From contig CAJXBM010000003.1 in the NCBI GenBank assembly GCA_913051185.1, forward strand, positions 121-64,120: a DNA stretch of 64,000 bases. The letters are read 5' to 3'. Shown one piece after another: positions 28,035 to 37,878 of this stretch. Numbering within the stretch: the stretch's first letter is position 1; each line of letters opens with the position of its first letter. The translations under genes were made by a program, and so were the position numbers. The DNA is from an uncultured Chloroflexota bacterium (GTDB lineage: Bacteria; Chloroflexota; Dehalococcoidia; UBA2979). The notes beneath the pieces are model-generated. The model saw only the letters and a program-made list of their open reading frames with translations, was not told the origin of the DNA and did not search any database.

Positions 28035-29285
28035 ATGAAGATTCTGCACACGTCCGACTGGCATATAGGTAAGAAACTCGGAGCGTTTGATCGTACATCA
28101 GAATTCCGTTCAGCCATCAACGAACTTGATGATATTTGTACAGATCAGAGCATTGATGCCGTACTAATATCGGGAGACATTTGGGATAAAGGGACGCCGA
28201 CACCTGGTCTGTTGGATATAGGCATAGACGCGATGAGGCAACTTTCGGGCGACGGGAATCGAGCCATCATAGTAATCGCCGGTAATCATGATTCGGCACC
28301 GTTTTTCGATGTAATGAGTAAGATATTAAAACCGTTCAATATTCATTTCGTCGGATATGTGAAACCACCGGCTGATGGCGGAATAGTTCGAATTGAAAGT
28401 GCAGGTGGAAAACTTGCGGTGGGGTGTATTCCGTTTTTACGAAAAGGCCATGTTGTGGACTTAATGGGAGATTTGTCGAAATCATATGGGGCTTATCAGG
28501 AAACCTTAAAGAATATATTTGAGACCTTTGCACGGGAACTTTCGAAAGACCAAGCTGATGGTGCGGTAACTATGCTGATGTCCCATGCCACAGTTAATGG
28601 CGCGTCAATCGGCGGAGGTGAGTGGAGTTTACATACCGGGCAAGATTATGCAATTGAAGCAGCTTCGTTTCCCTCGAGTGTGCAGTACGTTGCAATGGGA
28701 CATATACACAAGCCACAGAAAATAGCTGGAAGCTCCGTGCCGGCCGAATATGCAGGGACACTTCTCCCTTTGGACTTCGGTGAGCGTAACGATGAAAAGC
28801 GAGTTGTAATTGTAGAAGCAGTCTCCGGAGCGCCTGCTCGAATAGAGAGTATTCCGCTAAAAGTGGCACAAAGACGACCTCTTCGCCGACTGACTGGAAA
28901 CTTAGATACGATTTTGCATGAGTACGAGGAGGAGCTGGAAGCTCTAGGTCATAAATATCCTGATCTGGATGCAGAGAGTGGTCCATATTTCGATATAGTC
29001 GTAGAAACAGATGGGCCAGATACTAGCTTGAGTGACAAGATTCATCAGGAGCTCGGCAGTGTGGTAAAGATTCAAGCAAAATACCAATCCGAGATCGTAG
29101 CGTCGGTTTCGAAATTGGATCAGTCAGACGAAGAGTCATATAAGGATTATTATCGTCTCGAGCATGGCGTTGAGGCTAATGCCGGTTTGTTAGATGGATT
29201 CCGTCAAGTTGCAGAAACTGCCAGTTTGCAACGTCAGGAAGAATTGCTCGAGGCAGAAATCGAGAGCGCTGATGCGGCCAATTGA
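28035..29285 (+). CDS. sbcD: SbcD/Mre11-family DNA repair nuclease
   Basis: 416 aa. All calcineurin-like phosphoesterase motifs occur in order: HTSDWHIG, ISGDIWD, AGNHD, MSHATV, GHIHKPQ. Confidence 0.9.
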   Translation: MKILHTSDWHIGKKLGAFDRTSEFRSAINELDDICTDQSIDAVLISGDIWDKGTPTPGLLDIGIDAMRQLSGDGNRAIIVIAGNHDSAPFFDVMSKILKPFNIHFVGYVKPPADGGIVRIESAGGKLAVGCIPFLRKGHVVDLMGDLSKSYGAYQETLKNIFETFARELSKDQADGAVTMLMSHATVNGASIGGGEWSLHTGQDYAIEAASFPSSVQYVAMGHIHKPQKIAGSSVPAEYAGTLLPLDFGERNDEKRVVIVEAVSGAPARIESIPLKVAQRRPLRRLTGNLDTILHEYEEELEALGHKYPDLDAESGPYFDIVVETDGPDTSLSDKIHQELGSVVKIQAKYQSEIVASVSKLDQSDEESYKDYYRLEHGVEANAGLLDGFRQVAETASLQRQEELLEAEIESADAAN

Positions 29286-31860
29286 ATTAACTATTCAAGG
29301 TTTTCGTTCGTTTAAAGAATCTACAAAAATTGATTTCAGAGGACGCAATCTCGTTGGTATTCTTGGACCTATTGGGTCCGGTAAATCTACGCTACTCGAT
29401 GCGATTTGCTTTGCGCTCTATGGGAAAACACCGACCATAGGTCAGGGTACACGAGAACTTGTCAATCAGAGATCTGATCCGAATCAAGCATCGATCGAGC
29501 TGGTGTTTCGATCTCAAGACAGTAATGGCAATCTTCGGGGATGGTTGGCACAGAGAATTATTCGGACGAGTGGTGGCGGCGGACAAGTTGGACTTTATGA
29601 ATATGATTTAGTTCTCTCTCAGCGCGGCCGATTGGTAGTCGATAAAGCTCGTGAGATGAATGAGCGAATTGAGACAATTTTGGGAATTGATTTTGATGGC
29701 TTTTCAAGGTCAATTCTACTTGCTCAGGGTCGTTTTGCAGAATTTTTGAACGCTCGGCCTTCTGAACGCGATGTCGTATTGAAGGGTGTTTTTGGTTTAC
29801 AGCGAATTGATGAAATGCGTGAAGAAGCAGGTACTCGATTGAACACTTCGAGGTCCCGAGTCGAGACGCTCGAAAGGACACTCGATCAAACGGTGTTGGC
29901 TAGAGGACAATTCGATGAGTTGGAAACCGAACGAGCTGAGTTAGAACAAATCGCAATAGAACTGGATGAAGTTTTAGAGAAGATTAAACCACTTACTCAA
30001 GTAGCTAACTTTAAGAGAGAGAGACATACGTCGATTGAGGAGCAGATTCAGAGACTTGAAGAAATAAGGGATTCATTACCGGCAGCAACTGAAACTGAGA
30101 TTTTGTTCGATCATATGGATGCCTCCACATCGAAGCGGGCGACAATTGGTGTTCAAAAAAAGCAGGCGGAAAGTGGTGTGTTGAAAGCTGAGGAACAACT
30201 GGCGAGCGCACAGCGAGAAATTGGAGGTCAGGAAAAAGTCCTAGCTCGCCAGAAATTGATTGAACAGGTCAAAGTTGTAAAACAATCCTTTGAGCAGTCT
30301 GATCAATCTTTGAAAGAGAAAGGTGTCACCTACCACACCATTACGTCTGACGTTAGTGACGCTGAACAGAAATATCGCGACTCTGAAAGACAAGTTAGTG
30401 AAATCGTGGAGCATATACGCACAATTGAAAAACAACTATTAGGTGCTAAAGAAAGACTTAATGAGGCTGAAAGACACGACAGAGCTGGTGCACTTCTTAG
30501 TGAACTTAAGATTGGAGATCCTTGTCCCGTTTGTGGTAATGCAATTACAAATATCGTTAGAGCAGACGACGGAAGTGAACTCACGCTCGCAAGTCAACAA
30601 CAGAGCGATTTGGAAGGAGAACTTGCAGTAGCTAGGGATACGCAGCAGCAGATGACTAGCAGTCATGCCGTTAAGTTTGCCGCACTTGAACAAGCAAATA
30701 AGATAGAAGAGACCAGTCGTGTCGAGATTGCAAATGCGCACAATCTGTTAGAACAATTACGAATAGAACTTGAAACTTCCTTGATTGCTGCTCAGCTAGA
30801 TTTTGAAGGTTCTCCGTCTCTTGAGGACATGGTAGGTATTGTTGACGGACAGCAGAATCAACTTGATCAATCTCAACTCTATTTGAATTCAGCCAACCAG
30901 ACTCTGGCAACAGCACTTGGTGCGCTAACCGCGCAGCTGCAAGACGATGAAGCAACAAACCGAAAGCTCATTATCTTATCCAATAGGCTTTCTTCGGCCG
31001 CAGCCCAGATGGGTCTAGACGTAATGTCAGAGGATGATTTCTCGACTAGTCAGAAGTTAAGACTTTTCAGAGATCGTGTTCGTGAGGAATGGAAGACGAA
31101 GGACGCGAGTTTACGCAAAGAGCTTGTATCTGTTAGTTCGGAAATTGTTGTAATTGATGATCAAATTATGGACGTAATGTCATCGGTATCTGGGTACGCA
31201 GGGAATCCCTCTAGAGAAGAATTCGAAGCTTTTTTTCAGTCAACTAAGGAGAAAATATCAAATCTTAGTGGGCAGTTGACACTTCTACAAAAGCAGATCG
31301 ATTCAGAGACTGAAGTGATTCAAAACATAGATCTGGCCAAAAGGGAGATGAATGTATTTGAGACCCTTCGGCGCGATCTTACGGATTCACGATTCGTACG
31401 ATTTTTACTGGAAGCTGAACGCAGTGAACTTGCACGCGAGGCTTCAGATAAATATGCATCGATGTCCAGCGACCGCTATCGATTTACAAATGACGGCGAC
31501 TTCAATATTTTAGATTTTTCTCATGGAGGACAGGAAAGGAGCGCACGTACCCTTTCTGGCGGGGAAACTTTCTTGGCGTCACTTTCTCTCGCGCTAGGCT
31601 TATCGGAGATGATCTCTCGCAAAGGTGGACGCCTTGATTCTTTTTTCCTGGATGAAGGATTCGGCTCATTGGATGAAGAGCATATTGAGTTGGCAATGGT
31701 TGGAATTGAACAGTTAGTTAACGAAAATTCGGACAGATTGGTACTCTTGGTATCACATGTTCCGGCACTACGGGAACGATTAGAGGATGTAATTGAGCTC
31801 GCACGTGACCCGGAAGATGGGCACACGCGTTTGGTAGCGGGCGGGACACGAACTGCCTGA
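29272..31860 (+). CDS. sbcC: SbcC/Rad50-family SMC-like ATPase
   Basis: I place the start at ATG 29272 (MRPIELTIQGFRSF...), overlapping the sbcD stop by 14 nt. Walker A GPIGSGKST, Q-loop LAQGRF, long coiled coil with zinc hook CPVC (30523-30534), signature LSGGETFLASLSLALGL, Walker B FFLDEGFGSLD, H-loop LVSHV. Confidence 0.9.
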   Translation: MRPIELTIQGFRSFKESTKIDFRGRNLVGILGPIGSGKSTLLDAICFALYGKTPTIGQGTRELVNQRSDPNQASIELVFRSQDSNGNLRGWLAQRIIRTSGGGGQVGLYEYDLVLSQRGRLVVDKAREMNERIETILGIDFDGFSRSILLAQGRFAEFLNARPSERDVVLKGVFGLQRIDEMREEAGTRLNTSRSRVETLERTLDQTVLARGQFDELETERAELEQIAIELDEVLEKIKPLTQVANFKRERHTSIEEQIQRLEEIRDSLPAATETEILFDHMDASTSKRATIGVQKKQAESGVLKAEEQLASAQREIGGQEKVLARQKLIEQVKVVKQSFEQSDQSLKEKGVTYHTITSDVSDAEQKYRDSERQVSEIVEHIRTIEKQLLGAKERLNEAERHDRAGALLSELKIGDPCPVCGNAITNIVRADDGSELTLASQQQSDLEGELAVARDTQQQMTSSHAVKFAALEQANKIEETSRVEIANAHNLLEQLRIELETSLIAAQLDFEGSPSLEDMVGIVDGQQNQLDQSQLYLNSANQTLATALGALTAQLQDDEATNRKLIILSNRLSSAAAQMGLDVMSEDDFSTSQKLRLFRDRVREEWKTKDASLRKELVSVSSEIVVIDDQIMDVMSSVSGYAGNPSREEFEAFFQSTKEKISNLSGQLTLLQKQIDSETEVIQNIDLAKREMNVFETLRRDLTDSRFVRFLLEAERSELAREASDKYASMSSDRYRFTNDGDFNILDFSHGGQERSARTLSGGETFLASLSLALGLSEMISRKGGRLDSFFLDEGFGSLDEEHIELAMVGIEQLVNENSDRLVLLVSHVPALRERLEDVIELARDPEDGHTRLVAGGTRTA

Positions 31861-31957
31861 TTACTAGATCATTTAGAGTCAGGCGGTATCTTGAAATTTC
31901 TTCCCCCGTCTATTCCTCGGAATCGCGCCTTGGCTGGGGCTGTGTTATATACATGTA

Positions 31958-33763
31958 ATGGCTATGAGTTCGCCCGTATTGGGTCGATTAATTCGAGTGG
32001 CACTTCGTCACAAGCAACGCTTCTTTTGGACCAACGGTGTAATGATTGCAGCTGCCATTGGTACCGCTGCTCTTCCCACTTTAATTGGTTGGATAATTAA
32101 CTCTGGTCTAAAACTTCGAGTAGACGACGGAATTAGTACCGCTGCGGCATCATGGGGTGTTCTTTCGCTTATGTGTGGCTTGTTATTCGTGACCGCGATT
32201 GCTCGTGGGGCTTTAGCGTACGGGCAGGCCTATCTCGGTGAATCTCTCTCGCAACGCGTTGCGTACGATCTACGGAATACACTTTATGACCATCTTCAAC
32301 AACTCTCTTTTGGATTTCACGATAAAGCTCAAGTGGGAGAAATTATGCAGCGTGCCACTCAGGATATTGAGGGAATTCGCATGTTCGTACAGATGGGTGT
32401 CACAAGGCTCGTATTTATTACACTCCTGATTATTCTTTCGGTCGGGTTGATTGCACTGGAAAATATACGAGTCGGTCTTATAGTTATCGCACTTATTCCT
32501 ATCATTGGTATCTATGCTGGAGTTATGTCGCTTAGGATGAGACCTATTTGGCTGGGAATCGTGCAAATGCAGGGTCAGCTGGGGATTGTCCTGCAGGAAA
32601 ATCTGGTTGGGCAGCGGGTGGTGAAGGCTTTCTCTCGTCAAGAGTTCGAGCAGAGCAAGTTCGATGACAAGGTAGATAAGCTCTACCTCGAGTCCTATCG
32701 CACTACAAAATATATGGCGTTTAATGAGCCGTTTTTACAGGGCGCTTGGCTAGTTGCCGTAGCCTTGGTTTTTTGGGTTGGAATTAAAGAAATACAGGCT
32801 GACAGATTGCTGCCAGGAGATCTGATTAAGTTCCAGATATATCTGGTTTTGCTCCAAGTACCAGTCAGGGCGCTTGGTTTTGTTGTGAATATTGTAGCTC
32901 GTGCATTTTCGTGTGGTCGGCGGTTATTTGAACTACTAGATCAAGTCTCACCGGTCAACGATAGTGACAACGCAACTGACATCGCGCCCGGTCCGGGGGA
33001 TGTTGTTTTTGAAGGAGTTTCATTTGAATATGATCCAAACAGAACCGTTCTGGATGAAATTAATATTCATGCAAAACCAGGACAAACGGTGGCGCTACTC
33101 GGACCGACTGGGTCAGGTAAGACTAGTATTGTCCATCTTCTTCCTCGATTTTATGACGCAACTCAGGGTCGAGTATTGATCGATGGTGAGGATGTACGCG
33201 ATGTAACGTTAAATAGTCTCCGGCAAGCGGTTGGATTGGTTCAGCAGGACGTATTCCTTTTTTCTGCCACAATCCGTGAGAATTTAGCGTATGGCAAACC
33301 AGACGCGACCGATGAGGAAATTATAGCGGCAGCCCAGGCAGCTCGGTTACATGACTACATCGTGTCACAGCCTGACGGGTATGACACTTGGGTAGGTGAG
33401 CGTGGCTCAACTTTATCGGGAGGGCAACGGCAGCGAGTGGCTATCGCGCGAACGCTATTACTTGATCCTCGAATTCTCATATTTGATGATTCCACAGCCG
33501 CCGTTGATATGCGTACTGAGTATTTAATTCAAGAGGCTCTGCGAACTCTTATGGCCGGCCGTACTACATTCCTCATAGCTCAACGTTTACGGACAGTTCG
33601 TGAGGCAGATCAGATTCTTGTTATGCGTGATGGCAAAATTGTCGAACACGGTAAGCATGAAGAATTACTTGCGGCAAATGGATTTTATCGAGAAATTTAT
33701 GACTTGGAGCTAAAAGATCAGGAAGATGCGTCCGTATCGCAAACCGGAAGGGTGGGTGAATAA
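31958..33763 (+). CDS. Heterodimeric ABC exporter subunit (degenerate-site half)
   Basis: 601 aa. Six-TM exporter domain plus an NBD with Walker A GPTGSGKTS, signature LSGGQRQRVAIAR and Walker B ILIFDDSTAAVD (Asp in place of the catalytic Glu). Confidence 0.85.
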   Translation: MAMSSPVLGRLIRVALRHKQRFFWTNGVMIAAAIGTAALPTLIGWIINSGLKLRVDDGISTAAASWGVLSLMCGLLFVTAIARGALAYGQAYLGESLSQRVAYDLRNTLYDHLQQLSFGFHDKAQVGEIMQRATQDIEGIRMFVQMGVTRLVFITLLIILSVGLIALENIRVGLIVIALIPIIGIYAGVMSLRMRPIWLGIVQMQGQLGIVLQENLVGQRVVKAFSRQEFEQSKFDDKVDKLYLESYRTTKYMAFNEPFLQGAWLVAVALVFWVGIKEIQADRLLPGDLIKFQIYLVLLQVPVRALGFVVNIVARAFSCGRRLFELLDQVSPVNDSDNATDIAPGPGDVVFEGVSFEYDPNRTVLDEINIHAKPGQTVALLGPTGSGKTSIVHLLPRFYDATQGRVLIDGEDVRDVTLNSLRQAVGLVQQDVFLFSATIRENLAYGKPDATDEEIIAAAQAARLHDYIVSQPDGYDTWVGERGSTLSGGQRQRVAIARTLLLDPRILIFDDSTAAVDMRTEYLIQEALRTLMAGRTTFLIAQRLRTVREADQILVMRDGKIVEHGKHEELLAANGFYREIYDLELKDQEDASVSQTGRVGE

Positions 33764-35716
33764 ATGGCCTACTGGGGAGGCGGTGGTGCTGGAGGTTGGA
33801 GTGGAAATGCCGGTCCGGGGCCGGCTAATAATAAACAAGGCCGCGTAGATGGTTGGGATTATAGTGAACTTGGTCGAATCTACAACAAGGATTTAATAAA
33901 GCGACTATTTCCTTTCATTGCCCCGTACAAATGGCGTGGGATAGCCGCTATTTTTGCGATGATGCTGGTTTCAGTTACAACCTATTCCCAGCCATTTCTA
34001 ATGGCACAAGCATTGGGAGCTATTATCGAAGCTTTGCTCGAGTGGAAGAGTGCAGAGTCGGGGAGTGCTGAAGCGAGTCGCCGCTTAGATGATGTCAATG
34101 GATTAATTTTGCGATATGGGGCGATCTTAGTCGGACTGGCATCTGCGGCCTTCGCGGGGATGTTCTATCAACGCAGACTAACCGGATATATCGGTCACAA
34201 TGTTCTTCGAAAATTGCGCAGTCGCATGTTCGAACATTTAAATCGATTATCGATGCCTTTTTATGACAAGGAGGAGGTCGGTCGAGTGATGTCACGAGTA
34301 ACATCTGATGTCACCACGCTGCAGGAGTTAATGACGACTGGCATACTTACCGTGCTATCGGACGTCTTTGGACTTGGTTTAATTCTATTTTTTATGTTCT
34401 GGATGGATCCATTTTTGGCCATCGTGTCTCTCTCTGTTATTCCAGTATTATTCATTTTTATGGCCGTTTGGCAGCGCTATGCGGCTCGCGCATTTATACG
34501 CACTCGTATCGCAATTGCTCTCGTCAATTCCAATATCAATGAGAACGTGTCTGGAATCCGGGTGGTGCAAGCCATGCGTCGTGAGTCGACCAATCTGGAC
34601 GAATTTGATGAACTGAACAATCAGAATCTTGAAACTAATCTTTCCGCAGTTCGTTTGCAAGGCCTTGTTATGCCGGTGGTCGAGTTACTTTCATCGATTG
34701 CCACAATATTAGTATTGATAGTAATTATCATTCGGCTAATGAACGGGTCGCTCGATCCAGTTGATGCGGCAGCCTTTTCTCTGGGCTTTTTACTGTTTAT
34801 ACAAAGATTTTTTAATCCAGTGCGCGATATAGTTCTGCAATATACCCAGCTTCAGCGGGCTATGGCGGGTGCACAACGAGTCTTTGAGGTGCTTGATACT
34901 GAACCTTTAATATACGACAAACCTGGTGCACATGAATTTACTCAAATTGATGGCAAGGTGGATTTTGATTCAGTTGATTTCGAGTATTTACCTGGAGTCC
35001 CGGTACTCAAAAAATTTGATTTACACGTGCAACCGGGAGAAAATATTGCGTTAGTAGGTCACACAGGTGCTGGGAAGACTTCGATTACGGCTTTAATAGC
35101 TCGCTTCTACGACATTCAAGGTGGACATGTTCGGGTTGATGACATCGACGTCCGCGATATCCAGTTAGCATCTTTGACTCGACGAATGTCGGTAGTGCTG
35201 CAAGAGCCCTATCTGTTTTCAGGTTCAATTGCTGACAACATCCGGTACGGTCGTTTAGATGCTAGTGATGATGATATAAGAAAAGCCGCTGTAGCTGTCG
35301 GCGCTAGTGATTTTATCGAAAACTTAGAAGGTGGGTATGATTCAATTCTTCACGAACGAGGACAAAACTTATCGGGTGGTCAGCGTCAGCTAATTTCATT
35401 TGCAAGGGCACTTGTAGCTGATCCTGCGATTCTAGTTCTTGATGAGGCAACTGCGAATATTGATACTGCGACAGAAAAGGTAATTCAGGAGGCATTGGCT
35501 ACAATGCTGAAGGGGAGGACATCGTTTGTGATTGCACATCGTTTGTCCACGATTCGCAATGCTGACCGAATTGTAATGATGTCTGAGGGCGAGATTATTG
35601 AGATTGGCAATCACGAAGAGTTAATGAGTTTGAATGCTAATTATGCAGATTTGTATCGTATGGGTTTTGAAGATGTGTCTGGTGAAGATGCACTATCTGA
35701 GACTACTCAAGGCTAG
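33764..35716 (+). CDS. Heterodimeric ABC exporter subunit (consensus-site half)
   Basis: 650 aa. Starts on the nucleotide after the upstream stop. Walker A GHTGAGKTS, signature LSGGQRQLISFAR, Walker B ILVLDEATANID. Gly/Trp-rich N-terminus MAYWGGGGAGGWSGNAGPGP. Confidence 0.85.
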   Translation: MAYWGGGGAGGWSGNAGPGPANNKQGRVDGWDYSELGRIYNKDLIKRLFPFIAPYKWRGIAAIFAMMLVSVTTYSQPFLMAQALGAIIEALLEWKSAESGSAEASRRLDDVNGLILRYGAILVGLASAAFAGMFYQRRLTGYIGHNVLRKLRSRMFEHLNRLSMPFYDKEEVGRVMSRVTSDVTTLQELMTTGILTVLSDVFGLGLILFFMFWMDPFLAIVSLSVIPVLFIFMAVWQRYAARAFIRTRIAIALVNSNINENVSGIRVVQAMRRESTNLDEFDELNNQNLETNLSAVRLQGLVMPVVELLSSIATILVLIVIIIRLMNGSLDPVDAAAFSLGFLLFIQRFFNPVRDIVLQYTQLQRAMAGAQRVFEVLDTEPLIYDKPGAHEFTQIDGKVDFDSVDFEYLPGVPVLKKFDLHVQPGENIALVGHTGAGKTSITALIARFYDIQGGHVRVDDIDVRDIQLASLTRRMSVVLQEPYLFSGSIADNIRYGRLDASDDDIRKAAVAVGASDFIENLEGGYDSILHERGQNLSGGQRQLISFARALVADPAILVLDEATANIDTATEKVIQEALATMLKGRTSFVIAHRLSTIRNADRIVMMSEGEIIEIGNHEELMSLNANYADLYRMGFEDVSGEDALSETTQG

Positions 35717-35730
35717 AGAGGGTTATCGCT

Positions 35731-36156
35731 TTGAATGCATCTGATTTGAGAAAACGACTAGAGTTGGATACGGTTGCATACTGGCAGCTGCTGGGCATAG
35801 AAATTCATGAAGTCTATGGTGCTGGAGACGTCTCGCTCGTTGTTGATATGCGAGAACAGCTTGCCACTCGACTTCCAGATATTATGCACGGCGGAGCGAT
35901 ATCTTCGCTAATTGATTCGGCCGCGGGAGCTGCTGTCTCGACGATACGTACTCACGATGATGCAACGTGGCAAGGACAAGCGACTCTGGATTTGAATGTT
36001 ACTTTTTTACGAGCAGCCAAAGGTCGAGCGATTGCTCGCGCGACAGTCTTGAAATCATCGCGGTCGCTGGTGTTTATATCAGTGGATGTTAAAGACGAAT
36101 CTGATGAACTTTTGGCAACCGGGCGTGCCACCTATACGATTATTCGATCTCGTTAG
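35731..36156 (+). CDS. PaaI-type hotdog-fold thioesterase
   Basis: 141 aa with an apparent TTG start. Motif IMHGGAISSLIDSAAGAAV is typical of PaaI/4HBT-class thioesterases. Confidence 0.7.
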   Translation: MNASDLRKRLELDTVAYWQLLGIEIHEVYGAGDVSLVVDMREQLATRLPDIMHGGAISSLIDSAAGAAVSTIRTHDDATWQGQATLDLNVTFLRAAKGRAIARATVLKSSRSLVFISVDVKDESDELLATGRATYTIIRSR

Positions 36157-36932
36157 ATTCGGGGTTCCCACGAGAATCGCTTGATTGCAATTATTAGTCC
36201 AGCAACTCCCCAGATTCCCACGATTGCAAGATGGTCTAATTCAAAGCCTGATCCTGCCGCAAACGGGTCAAAGGCCGAGAGCAACATTCTTGCGAGATGC
36301 TGCACCGGAAATATGGCACTTATGTACACCATCCAGTCGGGAGCATTTTCTAGAGGAATGAAGACATCTGACACAAAAAGCAAAGGGATTACCGACGCAT
36401 TTACGATGGCGGGCGCAGCATTCGCGTTTGGTATCACAGTCGTGATGGCTAGACCGAGCGAAGAAAAAGTAAAGAGTCCCAGAATGATGCTGCAGATCGC
36501 AGATGCGGCGGTGGTGCTCGGAAGAGTAACTCCGTAGAACAGGGACCCGAAAAGACTCACTATTAATATGAGTATTACGCCAACAAAGGTCAGATGGATA
36601 ATTTTGGAGGCTAGAAAGAGCCAAACCGGTAAAGGAGTGCCATAGACTCGCTTAAGGAATCCGCTATCTCTGAGGACTGTGACCTGCATTGCGAGCCCGG
36701 TATAAGTGCTGTTGATTACGGACAGCGTGATAATGGCAGGTATATAGAAAGTAGATCCGCTTGCCGACATACCACTTGGTGTGGTGATCATGTCATTTCC
36801 AAACATCGAGGTGAATACGACCAAAAATATCAAAGGAAACGCAAATGTAAAGAAAGCCGCCGCTGGATTTCGCCAGAAGGATCGATTGTCATATATGAGC
36901 TGAGATTGGATTTGACGAAGGGTTGATTTCAT
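36153..36932 (-). CDS. ABC-2 type transporter permease
   Basis: 259-aa six-TM hydrophobic ORF. It overlaps the upstream ABC ATPase gene by 4 nt. Confidence 0.75.
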   Translation of the reverse strand: MKSTLRQIQSQLIYDNRSFWRNPAAAFFTFAFPLIFLVVFTSMFGNDMITTPSGMSASGSTFYIPAIITLSVINSTYTGLAMQVTVLRDSGFLKRVYGTPLPVWLFLASKIIHLTFVGVILILIVSLFGSLFYGVTLPSTTAASAICSIILGLFTFSSLGLAITTVIPNANAAPAIVNASVIPLLFVSDVFIPLENAPDWMVYISAIFPVQHLARMLLSAFDPFAAGSGFELDHLAIVGIWGVAGLIIAIKRFSWEPRI

Positions 36933-37864
36933 TGCGTAGCCTGATTTTTCTGATGTGTATCTAGGATAGATAGATAAATATCTTCGAGCGTAGCCTGCCG
37001 AACAGCTAAGTTATCAAGCTTAAAATTGTTGTTTATTGCTGCTGAAGTTAGATGGTGCAGCGCCGGTGTTGGGTCACTGGTGCGAAGAATGAAAGTGTCA
37101 TCAAATAGATCTAAGGAGTTATCTTTCACCGCTTTGGATTCATTGATAATTGAGTTGAACCGTGGATCCACCTGAAAACTTATTTGTGATCCAGTATATT
37201 TTTGTCGTAAATCTGGTGTGGTTCCTGAGGCTATGATTTGGCCGTCGGCCATGATTGCAATTCGGGTCGCTAGAAATTCTGCCTCCTCCATATAATGTGT
37301 GGTCAGTAGAACGGTGCACCCGAGTTCCTCCAGTCTCTGCACCATTTCCCACGCAGCTCTTCGCGCTTGAGGATCGAACCCAGTAGTAGGTTCATCGAGA
37401 AATAGTATCTCTGGATTTCCAATTAGTCCGATTGCAACGTCTAACCGTCTTTTTTGTCCGCCGGATAATCTTCTGGCAAGAGACGTTCTCTGACTCTCAA
37501 GCCCAACAATCTCGAGAATTTCGTCGGTATTCCTTGGTCGTGAATAATATGAGCTGAATAAGTCAACGGTTTCTCTGACTGTTAAATACCCATCTACCGT
37601 CGTTTCTTGAAGGACAATTCCTATACGCTCTCTAAACTCGTGTACTCTCTCATTTGGTTTGAATCCTAAAACCGACACACTCCCGCTGGTAGGCGCTCGA
37701 TGTCCCTCTAAAATTTCAATTGTTGTAGTTTTGCCGGCGCCATTAGGCCCCAAGAGAGCGAATATTTCCCCTGGTTGAATCTCAAGATCGATTCCTTTTA
37801 GCGCCTCTACGGTTCCATACGTTTTACGAAGATTTTGTATGGTTATTGCGGGTGAGATGGTCAT
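36929..37864 (-). CDS. ABC transporter ATP-binding protein (ABC-2/DrrA-like)
   Basis: 311 aa. Walker A GPNGAGKTT, signature LSGGQKRRLDVA, Walker B ILFLDEPTTGFD. Confidence 0.9.
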   Translation of the reverse strand: MTISPAITIQNLRKTYGTVEALKGIDLEIQPGEIFALLGPNGAGKTTTIEILEGHRAPTSGSVSVLGFKPNERVHEFRERIGIVLQETTVDGYLTVRETVDLFSSYYSRPRNTDEILEIVGLESQRTSLARRLSGGQKRRLDVAIGLIGNPEILFLDEPTTGFDPQARRAAWEMVQRLEELGCTVLLTTHYMEEAEFLATRIAIMADGQIIASGTTPDLRQKYTGSQISFQVDPRFNSIINESKAVKDNSLDLFDDTFILRTSDPTPALHHLTSAAINNNFKLDNLAVRQATLEDIYLSILDTHQKNQATQ

Positions 37865-37878
37865 GCTTGTGTTAGTAA

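Noticed and set aside
29194-29271. ORF-track N-terminal extensions: sbcC from 29194, crotonase from 15421, small ORF from 41253, gatA from 59836, gatC from 60152.
   Set aside because: In each case the extension overlaps the upstream gene or lacks a ribosome-binding site. An internal ATG with better context begins exactly at the conserved N-terminus of the family.
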